Source: Psammoneis japonica (lineage: Eukaryota). From it: 51,659 nt of DNA. The translations under genes were made by a program, and so were the position numbers. The notes below the pieces were generated by a model. It worked only from the letters and a program-made list of their open reading frames with translations. It was not told the DNA's origin and ran no database searches. The DNA is taken from NCBI GenBank assembly GCA_008632985.1, contig QPGO01000128.1, forward strand, positions 186,001-237,659, given 5' to 3'. Positions 23,410 to 33,832 of this stretch are shown here, one piece after another; within the stretch, counting starts at the first letter, position 1, and each line of letters opens with the position of its first letter.

Positions 23410-25130
23410 AAAAACAGCCCACGCACACATGACTGACGATGGCTCTCCACTGGCAGGCAGACAGAGGCGAGGCAGGCGAGGCAGGCCCACATCACAGAAG
23501 GGGGTCGGGCGTCCATGCAGTGCTCTGCTCTCCACTGCAGCAGCGAGCAGTGGCCAGCTAGCTGCTTTCTAGCTGGAAGTGTCGTGGTGGTGCTGGGCAC
23601 CATCTGTGCATGATGCGACTGATCGTGCATGCATCGCTCATGCAGTGCAGTGCAGAGTCGTGCGCAGATGACCACAGTGCAGAAGTGCTCATGAGATCAT
23701 CACTGCAGAGTCTGTGTAAACTTCTCAGCATTCAGCACACTTCAGTTGGTGCAGTCAAAGCCATGTCCAGCAAAGAAGCCAAAAATGAAGCAGCAGCACC
23801 TTGTTGTGTTGCCTTTCAGCACAGCAGCAGCGACCACTGGCACTGACCAAGTGTTGCTCGTTTGAGCCACGCAGGAAATCTGGAAGAAGCATGTGATCAA
23901 GGAAAAACAAACAACTTTCAAGGAAGAAAAGGTCAACCTTCTCAAGCAAGAGTGTGCTGCTCTTGTCATGGAAGAAGTTCTTGGGGAGAGCCGCCACACA
24001 ACAACACCTGGGAAGAACTCGCGAAGAGCTGTGCAGCCCCATGGCAGAACACGCCTTTCTCAACAGGCATCCAGATGATTTTGTTGCCAATGTTTTTGGG
24101 CCAGCAGTGCTGTGGCATGCCTCATTTGAAAGTGCTGTCTGCTCTGATGTGAAAAGCAAGCGTGGCTGAAAAATCAAGTACAGCGCCACAGCTGCTTGTC
24201 TTCTTGGCTGCCTTGACGCAATGCACACCCTGCCATCAGATGTGCCAAAAAGAGCCCCAGTTGGCAGGGACCTTTGGCACAAACAGGAAGAAGAAAACCT
24301 GAGTTTTGCAAGGAAGAGAAACTTCCTCTAGTGCCAGGAGGATTCGCTGCCTGGGCTTGCTCATCTGCGCCAAGTTTGGAGCACAAGAAGAAACTCTCAA
24401 TGAGTGGTGGCCTTTGAAGCAAAACAGTCTTTCCCACAATGGACCTTTCCTGGGTTGTCTGTGCACATCTCTTCGCCAAAATGGGTGCATGCACAAATGT
24501 GGCACAACAAAGGAGAAAGTCAAGACTCTGCAAAAGACTTGTTTCCAGGAGGAAGCTGCAAACAATGACAATTTCCCCAAGGACATGGGAAGGAGGGAAT
24601 GTTGGGTGCGGTTGACACACTTGGCAAAAAGGGTTTTGAGACTGACAAATTGGAAGCAAAGAAAAAAGTCTTGCTCCTTTGCACTGTTGTGCTGACAGGG
24701 AAGAAACTCTTGAGGATGGTTTTGGGATTGCATTTCCATCAGCATGAGTTCACAAAAAGACATTTCTCGGTTTTTGGGGAGCTCTAAGGAGCTCTGCACG
24801 TGCTCAGCTGTGCTCTTGACAGTGCAAAACCAGTCTTCTCATGCCAGAAAAAGTCCTTTTAAATCATTTGTCAGATGCAATCACTTTGGCTGGCAGGCAC
24901 AAGAGTTTCCTCATTTGTCACTGCTGCTCTCAAACCTGCAAAATGGGCAACACTCCACCGTGGGTGCTTGCACTCAATTTTGTCACTCACCTTCCATGCT
25001 GCTGTGGACACAGCCTTTTGAGGGTGCACCCAAGTCTTGTTCACCTTCCGGCCCATTTCTGGATCCACGCTTTGCACTCTTGCATGCTCAAGGGCGTTTC
25101 TCAAAGATTTGTGGTGGAATCGTCACTTGC
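23410..25130. other. TpA- and CpG-depleted hypermutated tract
   Basis: About seven TA found by eye in about 1.7 kb. It contains broken coding-like frames and the 5' part of the urea transporter relic. Confidence 0.88.
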
Positions 25131-25500
25131 ATTTACCGGGTCTGGCAGCCCTTGCCTTTATCGGGTCTTCAATTGGAGCCGCATCAGGCCTCATGCTTGG
25201 CGTTGATTTTTCAGGAGTCGCGATTGGATTGTGGGGTTTCAACTGTGCCTTGACGAGTGTTCCTCACGCACTCCTAACAAGCGGTTGTGCTGTCCGCCGG
25301 CGGTGCCGCTGCCACTGTGGCTGTGTTTGGAGCGCCCAAAGTCATCCTTGGAGGGTGGAGCGCACCCTATAGTATCTTACATTGCCCTTCCGCACAACAA
25401 TGTCGGGATGCTACTTACTGAAGGATGCAGTTCCCGGTCTGCTTCTCGCAAGAATCCGCACTATAGCCGGAAGCATGTGTTCCAAAAGTATCTTCAGTAG
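24800..25500 (+). pseudogene. Fragmentary UT-family urea transporter gene (C-terminal part)
   Basis: TPPWVLALNFVT, LKGVSQRFVVESS and PGLAALAFIGSSIGAASGLMLG..GLWGFNCALTS, followed by an LTLP-like and PGL..KNPH tail. Multiple frameshifts and deletions. Confidence 0.75.
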
Positions 25501-25587
25501 AATTTTTTTCTGTTAGCTCTTATCATAAATTAGCACAATCTATTGCATGGTGACGCCAAAGCGCAGCGCCGTCCCACATCTTTTTGC

Positions 25588-27628
25588 TCAGACATACATG
25601 GGATGTGTCATAACGTTCTTAATCCATGGCTCGATAACCAGTGGAGTGAGCAGGTAAAAAATGATTGCCATGAAAATGGAAATCGGGAGGGCGGGCAACG
25701 CATTGCGGTACACCGATAGCAAAACTAGCTTCCCCCCGAGTCCAGCCAAGATCACAAGCATGCAAGCTGCAAAGGTAGCAAAGCTGTACATGGCTCCCTT
25801 GGCAACAAGAACAGAATAGAAAATGAAGTCTCCCTGTAATTTGAAAGAAACGATAGTGTGAGACGAGAGGTTGAAACAGTCCATGACTGACTACATGTCA
25901 AACACAATGTTGCTCACAAGTCCAGGTTTAATCGAGTTGCCCACTCCGCCTTGCTCGCCATCACCTTCCATTTCAGCAAATACTATTCCTTGACGATCCA
26001 CCCACAAAGTCCGTTTTGGAGCACCAAGTCGATCCCTTTCTAGATATAGTTGCTTGCGTCCTCTCGTTATCCGCTCAACGGTTCCTCCAACGGGTGGCAA
26101 TCGTACCGTCACGTCGGTTCTCAATAGTCGGGGTGTGGGATTCTCGGGAATATCAATCGCTGGTGCGGATGCAGCCTGATGTTCCGCTTCCTCGTCGGCT
26201 CGACTCAAAAGCGTGTATGTTGTGTCGACACGACCCTTTGACTGTTCACGGCGTTTTGATACGCTGAAAGATCGTCCAGTAGTCATGGCAATCACGGGGA
26301 GATTGTATACTCGTGCAATCGCCAGGGGCATGACGGCGGCGCGTACTACACTTGGTGCATCACTATTTGAAACTTCGGGTACACCCGCAGTAATGGTAGT
26401 CGCCGAGGCGTAGCTGCCATCTTGACTCTCCCGGGTATCTGTTAAAGGCACAGCTGCAGGTGGTGGAGAAGGTGCTGCTGCATTGTCAGTAGAATGTAGC
26501 GATGAGGGTGCAGAGTTGCTGTTGCCAGTACCATTTCGCGGAACTCCTGGTCTCCTCGCTTCAGGTGGAAGTTCCAGTTCGTAAAGCGATCCAGGCATCT
26601 CGGGAGTATCCTTCTTGGACATGAGATTTACCAGCTGTGCCATCAACGAAAAGGAGAAACAAGGAAGGGACTATGAGCGCCAGAAAAAACAACATATAGC
26701 AACCGGATTGATAGAGAATCACTGGCACTTACCGCCTTTAGGGGACCACAAGGAGTCAAGACAGCGCATAAATCATAGCAGGCCAACATGAATAAGATCG
26801 TCCATGTTGTCCACTCATCCAAGTGCGCCCACTGCCACACCATAATAACAGAGGTCGCAACGAGATAACATTGCGTAATGTAGCTCGGAATCCCAAAGGA
26901 CCAGAAAATACTTAGCACTCCGACAATGCAAAAGTTGAATGCCGTAAAAACAAATGATACAACATCAATCGGCAGCTGATACTTGTCCACCGCCATCTAA
27001 AGAGGGCAAAGACGAGTGCAGCAGAATGAGGAGTATGAAGCGACAACGACCTTGTGTGCCTGCTGTACCAGGCAGAACTCTCGTGTTTTATGTACCTTGA
27101 AAACAGTCCCACCCCACAGTCCCAACATTGTCAAAGACCAATAAATCATGTATCCAATCATGAATTTCATGCACCTCTTTTTGTAGCACAACACCATGAC
27201 AAAGATCATGCAGCAAATCACAGACACCATGACGAGCGGATTATTGGCCAGAGAGAGTGCAGGCAAAATCAGTGAAACAGAAACTTTAAAAAGAAAACAA
27301 GCCAGAAAAAGAGACAAGGTGCGCAGTAAGTCCCAATTCATCCAGAAGAGCAGAGAGCAGTGTTTATATATCACGACATCACTAGAAACATACCTGGCTT
27401 TACAATCGCATGATACGAGGACGAACTATAAAGCAGCTCTGCAACAGACGTTTCACAAAGCAGCTTTGCAACTGACATTTCATTCTCCTCATCTTCCTCA
27501 TCGGAGCCGTCCTCCGATGACAACTCATCCTCAAAGCTTTCGTCATCTTGATTCTTTGTTGTGGATAATGTCAGTGTCTTGTATTGTTCGCCGCTGCGAC
27601 CGGCGGTACCCTGAGCGTGGGCGCTCAT
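25588..27628 (-). CDS. PSEN: Presenilin (gamma-secretase catalytic subunit), multi-exon, possibly degenerate
   Basis: YD motif LACYDLCAVLTPCGPLK, GL|GDFIFYSVLV across an intron, and PALPISI. Acidic N-terminus. Four apparent GT-AG introns. Confidence 0.88.
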
Positions 27629-27699
27629 CGTTGATTTCAATCTGCTCCTCACGACTCCTCACGAGACATGAACCTACCGCGGTTCGCTTATTGCGTCCA

Positions 27700-30600
27700 C
27701 GATTGAAATTTTGCGCTTGGTGCGGAGGGCGAGCGAGCGAATGAATCGACACTGCTGCTTGCTTCCACCTTCCCAACGTGGGCTGGGACGTGATGACCAC
27801 CTGCTGCCAATGGTCACCACTTTTCCAGTGCCACCGCCCCTTTCTTCCCATGCATGCTTGTTGGCACAAGATGAGCCATCAGATCCGATGTGAGACACAA
27901 TGGAGAGTGATGACCGAGAAGATGCGACACTCAGCCTTCTCATCAGCTGCCACACAGAGTCGATGAGGGTGTGCCTTTGGGTGGATGTTCAACAATGAAA
28001 AGTGGCTAAAAGGAGTTTTGCTGGCTGAAGTGCTGGTCTGGTTTGATGGCAACTCATCACTGACATGGGCACTCTTTGTGTGTTTGACAAGGGCAAACCT
28101 TGGGCCAGGTGTTGAGCACAGCAAGAGCGATGTGTCGGCTGGGACTGCATGTGGAGAATTCACTGGGACAGTCAACATTGGCTGGGATCATGTGTCACTT
28201 GCCATGGGTTTGAGAGGCACTCTTGCTCCACCATGAGCCTGGAGTCATGAGGCTTTGCAAGTGCAGAGTCATTGTCATGTGAGCCGCTCTCCAAAAAGCC
28301 ATTGTGGTGCAGGCTGTGTGTGTGCTCCATGGCCACTGTCTGTGTCAGTCGTGCACCAGCCCCTTGTGGCATCAATCTCTTGTAAAACCACCACATCAAC
28401 AGCTGACGTCATGGGGCCCTGCTCCAGGCCCCCCTGTCTCTGCTCTGCACCTGGGGCAGAGGAAAGTGTTTGCACAAGTTGATGAAGCTGTTTTGCAGGC
28501 TGGCTTGACATGCTTTGGAAAGTGACAGCAGAGCAGCTGAGCATGAGAGCCCAGCTGGTGGAGAGACATTGAGTGCCAACCCAGGCTTTGTGTCTTTCCC
28601 AGAGCTCCAAGAGCGGCCAGAGCCTTTTCAAACACTTTGATCTGCTCATTGTGTGCAGTGCAGCGTCGAACAACAATCTGCCACTTTAGTTGAAAAGTGG
28701 GGTGGATCACAAACAAGAAAATCACATGTGTGGTGGCAAAGTGGGTGCATGCCCAGATGCAACAGAGAGTTTTCAAACTTTCAGCTGGGGCATCAAAATC
28801 AGAAATCTGGCATCTGATGCAGCACACATGGTGGAAGCCAGCAACCACCAGCACCACAAATTGGCCCTGCAACAGAGCCACAAAAACAAGATTGAATCAA
28901 GATGGGGTGATGTTGCCAGTGGTTTGATGTGCTCCCTCCATTGTGGCATTTGCTTGTGGGTTGCATCTGCCTCCCATGGGCTTCATCTGAGTGCCACAAT
29001 TGCTCTTGTTGCATCTTGGAGAATTCTGCCATGAATTCAGCACTGTGGTTGCACACAACCTCACTTGGCCATGCACACCTGCATGACCAGGTCTGCTCCA
29101 TGACACTCAGCACAACATCTGCTTGTTTTGCAGACACTTCCAGTCACAGTCACTGCCCACACTTGCAAAATGTCTTTTCCATGTGATCATCCAGTTGGCA
29201 GGAGCCTCTGTCAAATCTGCGCACATGCTCCATTTGGCACACACATGGAGTGCACTGCACACATCATGCCAGGCCCCAACAACAGATGTGCTGGGCCATG
29301 GAGGAGATTTTGGTGCGTGCCTGACCTGGATGACACAGCAAGTCTCTGTTGTGTCATGAGCCTGTGCTGACCTGCACCATTGCATGGCATGACCTCTGAA
29401 ACCTCCCCATGTGTGACACACCTCCTTTGCACAAGCATTTGAACACCGCCCTTGAGCATTTTCAATGTGAACTTGGGTGCTCTGTCAATTGCAATGGCCT
29501 CAAAATTGTTGCAAACTTCTTGTGCATGATGCACTGGAGTTTCTGTTGGCATCTCATGACACCACTCAGTCAGCTTGGTTGGGCTGCAATGACTGGGGCA
29601 CTGCAATTTTGTCCTCACAGCACATCAATTGCCATGATGACTCTCCTTCTTGGCCTTTTGCTGCTCCTTTTGGAGGTGGTGAGAGCCAGTGGGTGGCATC
29701 ATCCATGTCAAATGCCTTGTGCGGGGGTCAAGATCTGTCAAGTGGAGGCTCATGGTGTGTGCTGTCAGCTGTGGTGTGGCTTGTCCTTTGTCTCCAGGGA
29801 TGTTGTGAGCTGGAGATCCTGTGCGGCACAGAGATTTGCCATGGTGCAAGATCTGCCCCTGCTGCTGCTGCTGCTGCTGCCAATGACTGTCACACCATGA
29901 GTGTGATTGCAGGTTGTGGCATCATGGCATGAGTGCCCTTGCTGCAGACTGGGGTGTTGTTGTTTGTGAAGTGCTTGTGTGCCCCCTTGTGTTGCCATCC
30001 ATTGATGGATGGCAGGTTGGTCAGCTCAATGTCCAGGGGCCACAACCATCCATCAATTGAGTCAAAGGTCACCAAGATCAGAGTGCATCTTTCCACTCTT
30101 TTCCTTTGAGTGCAAGTGCGAACATTTGAGCTGACCAGTTGGCTGATCACTTTCACAACAGTCGTCACCCCCGCGACAATTCCCACGTGATGTTTCCCCT
30201 CCTCATTGCTGCACTTGCTTCTTGTTGCTGGAGAAATTCACCATTGTGTCTGGCTGTAAGAAGAGGCAATCTTGCACTCCCCTTTCCTGCCAGAGCACAT
30301 GTCAGAACAGAGCGAACAGCAGCAAGATGATGTTGTTTTGAGCCAATTGCCCGGAAGGTGTTCACACACACATTTTGTGGTTCAGTGTGGCTAAAAAAGC
30401 CAGCACTGTGATGGCACAGTCAAGCTCAACCCAGTCTGATCTGTCACTGCCTGTCATGCAAGTTTCCAGTGGAAGATGGCACGTCTTCCTGCTGCTCCAG
30501 GGTTTGTGCAGAAATCTTTTGGTTCTTGCTTGGACACCACCATGGTGCGCCCCACCCCCCTCTGTTATTGCTTGTTGTCTTCTCTCCATGTGCGGTTCAA

Positions 30601-30700
30601 CGAGGAGATGGTGTGCTGCTCAGATGAGGTGGATTGTCACTTGCCGTCCTTGTGGAACACCCAGATTGTTGCACTGGCCCAAAAGTGGCACGTCATCCGT
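27700..30700. other. TpA- and CpG-depleted hypermutated tract containing the Gypsy relic
   Basis: About six TA found by eye in about 3 kb. CG is nearly absent from about 28000-30100. Confidence 0.9.
28700..29600 (-). mobile_element. Relic of a Ty3/Gypsy LTR-retrotransposon integrase
   Basis: Broken frames give EWCHEM (Zn-binding, cf. EWYHE), AWHDVC, EQTWSCRCAWPSEVVCNHSAEFMAEFSKM and NPQANATMEGAHQTTGN. These resemble Gypsy rve motifs W..RYP.P..V.YD.G.EF and NPQANA..ER.HQT.GN. Confidence 0.8.
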
Positions 30701-30817
30701 TTTAGAGCCTGCGGCCTCCAAGGCCCTTTTCTTGCTCTTCTTTGGGCCTCTTTTGCAGCCTGCAATGAAGAGATACGCGCTCACATTTTTTGCCTCAAAA
30801 ATTTTTCACCAGGGACC

Positions 30818-31800
30818 ATGACTGGAGAACCGGTGGGAGACTTTTACGTCCACCTCTTGAACGGACAAGAGGTCTCGTCCGAAATGACATCGTCCACGAA
30901 ACTGCTCAAAGGCCAACCCTCGGTGATTCACTTTTACGACGGAGGCTGAGGCGGGTGCCGCCCCTGCGCGGCACAAATGGAAAAGTGGGCAAGGGCCATT
31001 TCCCCAAAAGTCCAATTTCTATGTGTCTGTGTCGATTCGCTGGTGGTGGCTCAACTGTTTGATCGCATGTTTGGATTCGAGCATGCCGTCAATGCCCACA
31101 TTCCATCGCGTTCCTACATGCCACACGGATGCGGTCAATTAGGCTGTTCTGGATTTGTGGTTTCGGATGCGAATGGAAACTTTGTGAGTCGCAAGACAAT
31201 GGCCTTTCTTCAGCATGGCGACAAAGCCTTTCGTCACGTGGAGTCGCTCTTGGCGGAACAGCTATCCTCGCTGACCCAACGGCTACCATCATTGAAGAAC
31301 ACAAGAATGACGACCCAGGAAGTAGCGTGGATTGTACCCCTGCCACGATTGGAATCGAGAGTATGGATCACGAACACGAACGTTGTGCCAAGGCTCTCAA
31401 GCGTTTGTTACAACAACCCACGGTCAAGAGCCTACGAGTCGTCGTAGAAGAGCTGGAGGCCCACTTTGCCCACGAAGAAGCACTCATGGTGAAATATGGC
31501 TGTGGAAACGCAAGAGGCGACGGCCAATTCTCCCCTTTGCAATCTCACATTCAGGATCATTTGAGAATCGTCGAGCTAGGCCGAACCGAACTCAAACGAG
31601 TCCAGGATAATGCTGCTACGCTCTCCTCCTCGAGCTGTAGCATGGGAGACACCAATAATATGTCATCGTGACATTCGACCGTGGCTGCCACAGCACCAGT
31701 TGACCCCAAGGTGGCCACGGCAATTGCAAAAGCGTTTCAACTTCATGCAGACACCTTTGACGCATTCTATGTTGATTACATACCCTCGACTGCAAACTAG
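30818..31800 (+). CDS. Candidate selenoprotein: thioredoxin-like domain (GG-U-GGC-RPC) fused to a hemerythrin domain; in-frame TGA at 30947-30949 and 31669-31671; one frameshift near 31270
   Basis: ORFs 30476-30949 and 30977-31447 are in the same frame and separated only by TGA: VIHFYDGG*GGCRPCAAQMEKWA. Hemerythrin ligands HEH, HFAHE and HIQDH are in ORF 31129-31671. The last ligand, HADTFD, follows the second TGA in frame, ending at TAG 31798-31800. The 5' end is uncertain because a possible splice acceptor precedes ATG 30818. Confidence 0.8.
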
Positions 31801-31861
31801 AGTCGAATATGGAGCTCTTGACATGTAGTAGGGACTGGCGGAGGTCGGAAGGAGGATGCGT

Positions 31862-31965
31862 GTACTTGAGAGAGGTGTCATCAGAATGACAGCCTAGAGA
31901 GAACCGTATTTGTAGCTGCTGTGCTTACACGGTCCTGGGCTTGACAATGATGACCCTCCCAGTAC
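31862..31965 (+). promoter_or_regulatory. Eukaryotic SECIS element candidate (type II)
   Basis: Lower helix gtact..gagg.gtcatc pairs with gatgac.cctc..agtac. Core ATGA at 31886 faces TGA at 31942. Helix II is agcctag/ctgggct, followed by an unpaired GAA bulge and an apical ministem accgt/acggt. It lies about 60 nt after the stop codon. Confidence 0.8.
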
Positions 31966-32647
31966 TTAATCGTATCCTTCTCTCGGCACTCTTCAGGGCG
32001 GTCTACTGACCAGAATGCAGTTGTCAATACAAACTTAGACCAAAACCTACTAGTAGCTTCGGTACTATCATTGGGTCAAGTTATTCCCTTTAGGTAACGA
32101 ATCTTTTTTGGAAATGTAAAGGAGCTCGTTTTACATGTAGAACTCAGGAATGCCTCTTGGAATCCTCCAACTTGAGGTCCCACTTGCCCTTGCGCTTCGA
32201 GAACGGCAAATGCTGAGAAAGACGGCGTCCTTGAGATCGCCCATACGTTGAGGAGTTTGGAGATCTGCACAGATGGGCCAACAGAACACTATGGCCCGGC
32301 ACATCGACATGCTAGACTTGAGCTCGGGTGAGTCGAGATTATTTTGTCCTTGGCATACGGTACCTCAATACGTCGCGCATGTCCGAATCTAGACTAAGCG
32401 CTCCGAGAGTCGTTTGTGGCACTAGACGACGACAAACAATGTGAGGGGAACTGGATAGCAATCTGAAATGAGTGCAACGATATGGTACTGTACGGTCTGT
32501 ATGAGCATACCTACCCTGCGGAGAGCGCTCTCGAGACGCTTCAAAGCGTTTCCGACTACTCCCAACACCAATGCATGGGCTAGTCGAGGAGCAAGGTTCA
32601 GTCTCTGCAGAGAAAGGGACAATCAAACAGCTGTTTTTCCTTTTGTT

Positions 32648-33348
32648 CTAGTTAAAAAATGTGTAACCACAGTAAATCCAATACGCAAGCTCCGCATAGG
32701 CCAAGAGGAACGCATTCCAAGTCCTTCCAAAAATGTACTTTTCTACCGTACAAAGACCATGACCCAATGCAAAGACAAGGGCACAATAACATCCAGCCAC
32801 CACCAGTCGATTGGGCAACACCACCTGTTGCTCATCATTGTCCTCCTTTTCGCTTGTGGTGTAGGACAAGAGTGCTTTCATAATGTACACACCCAGTCTC
32901 AACGTGTTGAGGGATGTATGTGCCGTTCCATAGTTGGCTCCGTGCTTTTCCTCAAGATTCAACCCCAATGGAACCGAAAGGACTAGAGCGAGTACGACCC
33001 ATAGTTTCAAGTGATACACCAACACTCCCGTCCACACAAATAAAGACAGAGTCTGAATGGAATTGACAATGGTAAACAAGCATACAAAACTCGCTCCAAG
33101 GGATGTGGAGTTTGTTTGGGAAACCACCATGCGACACCGTTATAACGTGGAATCTCAATCGTTTGTCCATTGACAATAATTTTTAGGGGTGGTGGACTGG
33201 GTGGAGTCGCAAAACGATTCAAGACGTGAGCGTCGTCCATGCTGGTGGGTTCCCATCCCGAAAAGCTTGTGGCATACTGGCGTTCTTCGTTGTTGTTATT
33301 GTTGTTTCGACGACGACCACGCGATGACCTCTGCTGCCGCTGACTCAT
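32648..33348 (-). CDS. Uncharacterised multi-pass membrane protein; one frameshift near 33095
   Basis: Hydrophilic N-terminus MSQRQQRSSRG...PHPLER (ORF 33007-33483) continues into several hydrophobic helices in ORF 32648-33130. Confidence 0.55.
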
Positions 33349-33832
33349 GTTGTGATTACAAATGCAAAGAGGAGTAGTGATAAGGAGAGAGCTTGCGATC
33401 CCCAGATCTCCAAGCCCCAATCCCCAATAAGCGCTGCGATACATTGTAGTCAAAGAAATCTTCTTACGTCTAGGGCTACACACTGCGTTGGTAAAAGGTT
33501 ACAGTAGAGATTGGATCAGAAAATCACTTTTTGGAAATTCAATACTTTATTAGAGCTTGAATAAAAATATTCCTATACCATATTCATATTATGTCGTGTA
33601 TTATGGCTCTCTCAACGGCTGCCGAACGCGAACACCGATCGATCGCTTTTTTTCGTTCTCAGCTCGATCATTGTTGCGCCATCACCATCACCTCGACCTC
33701 GCTCGTTGCCGCTGTTTTCGTGATTTGCATCCCAGTGTCATTTTACCACTTGTAACGTTTTATCACATTCGCACGTATCCAAAGAAGCATCCGTAACACA
33801 AGAGCTATCAAACAAATAATTGATTATCCATC

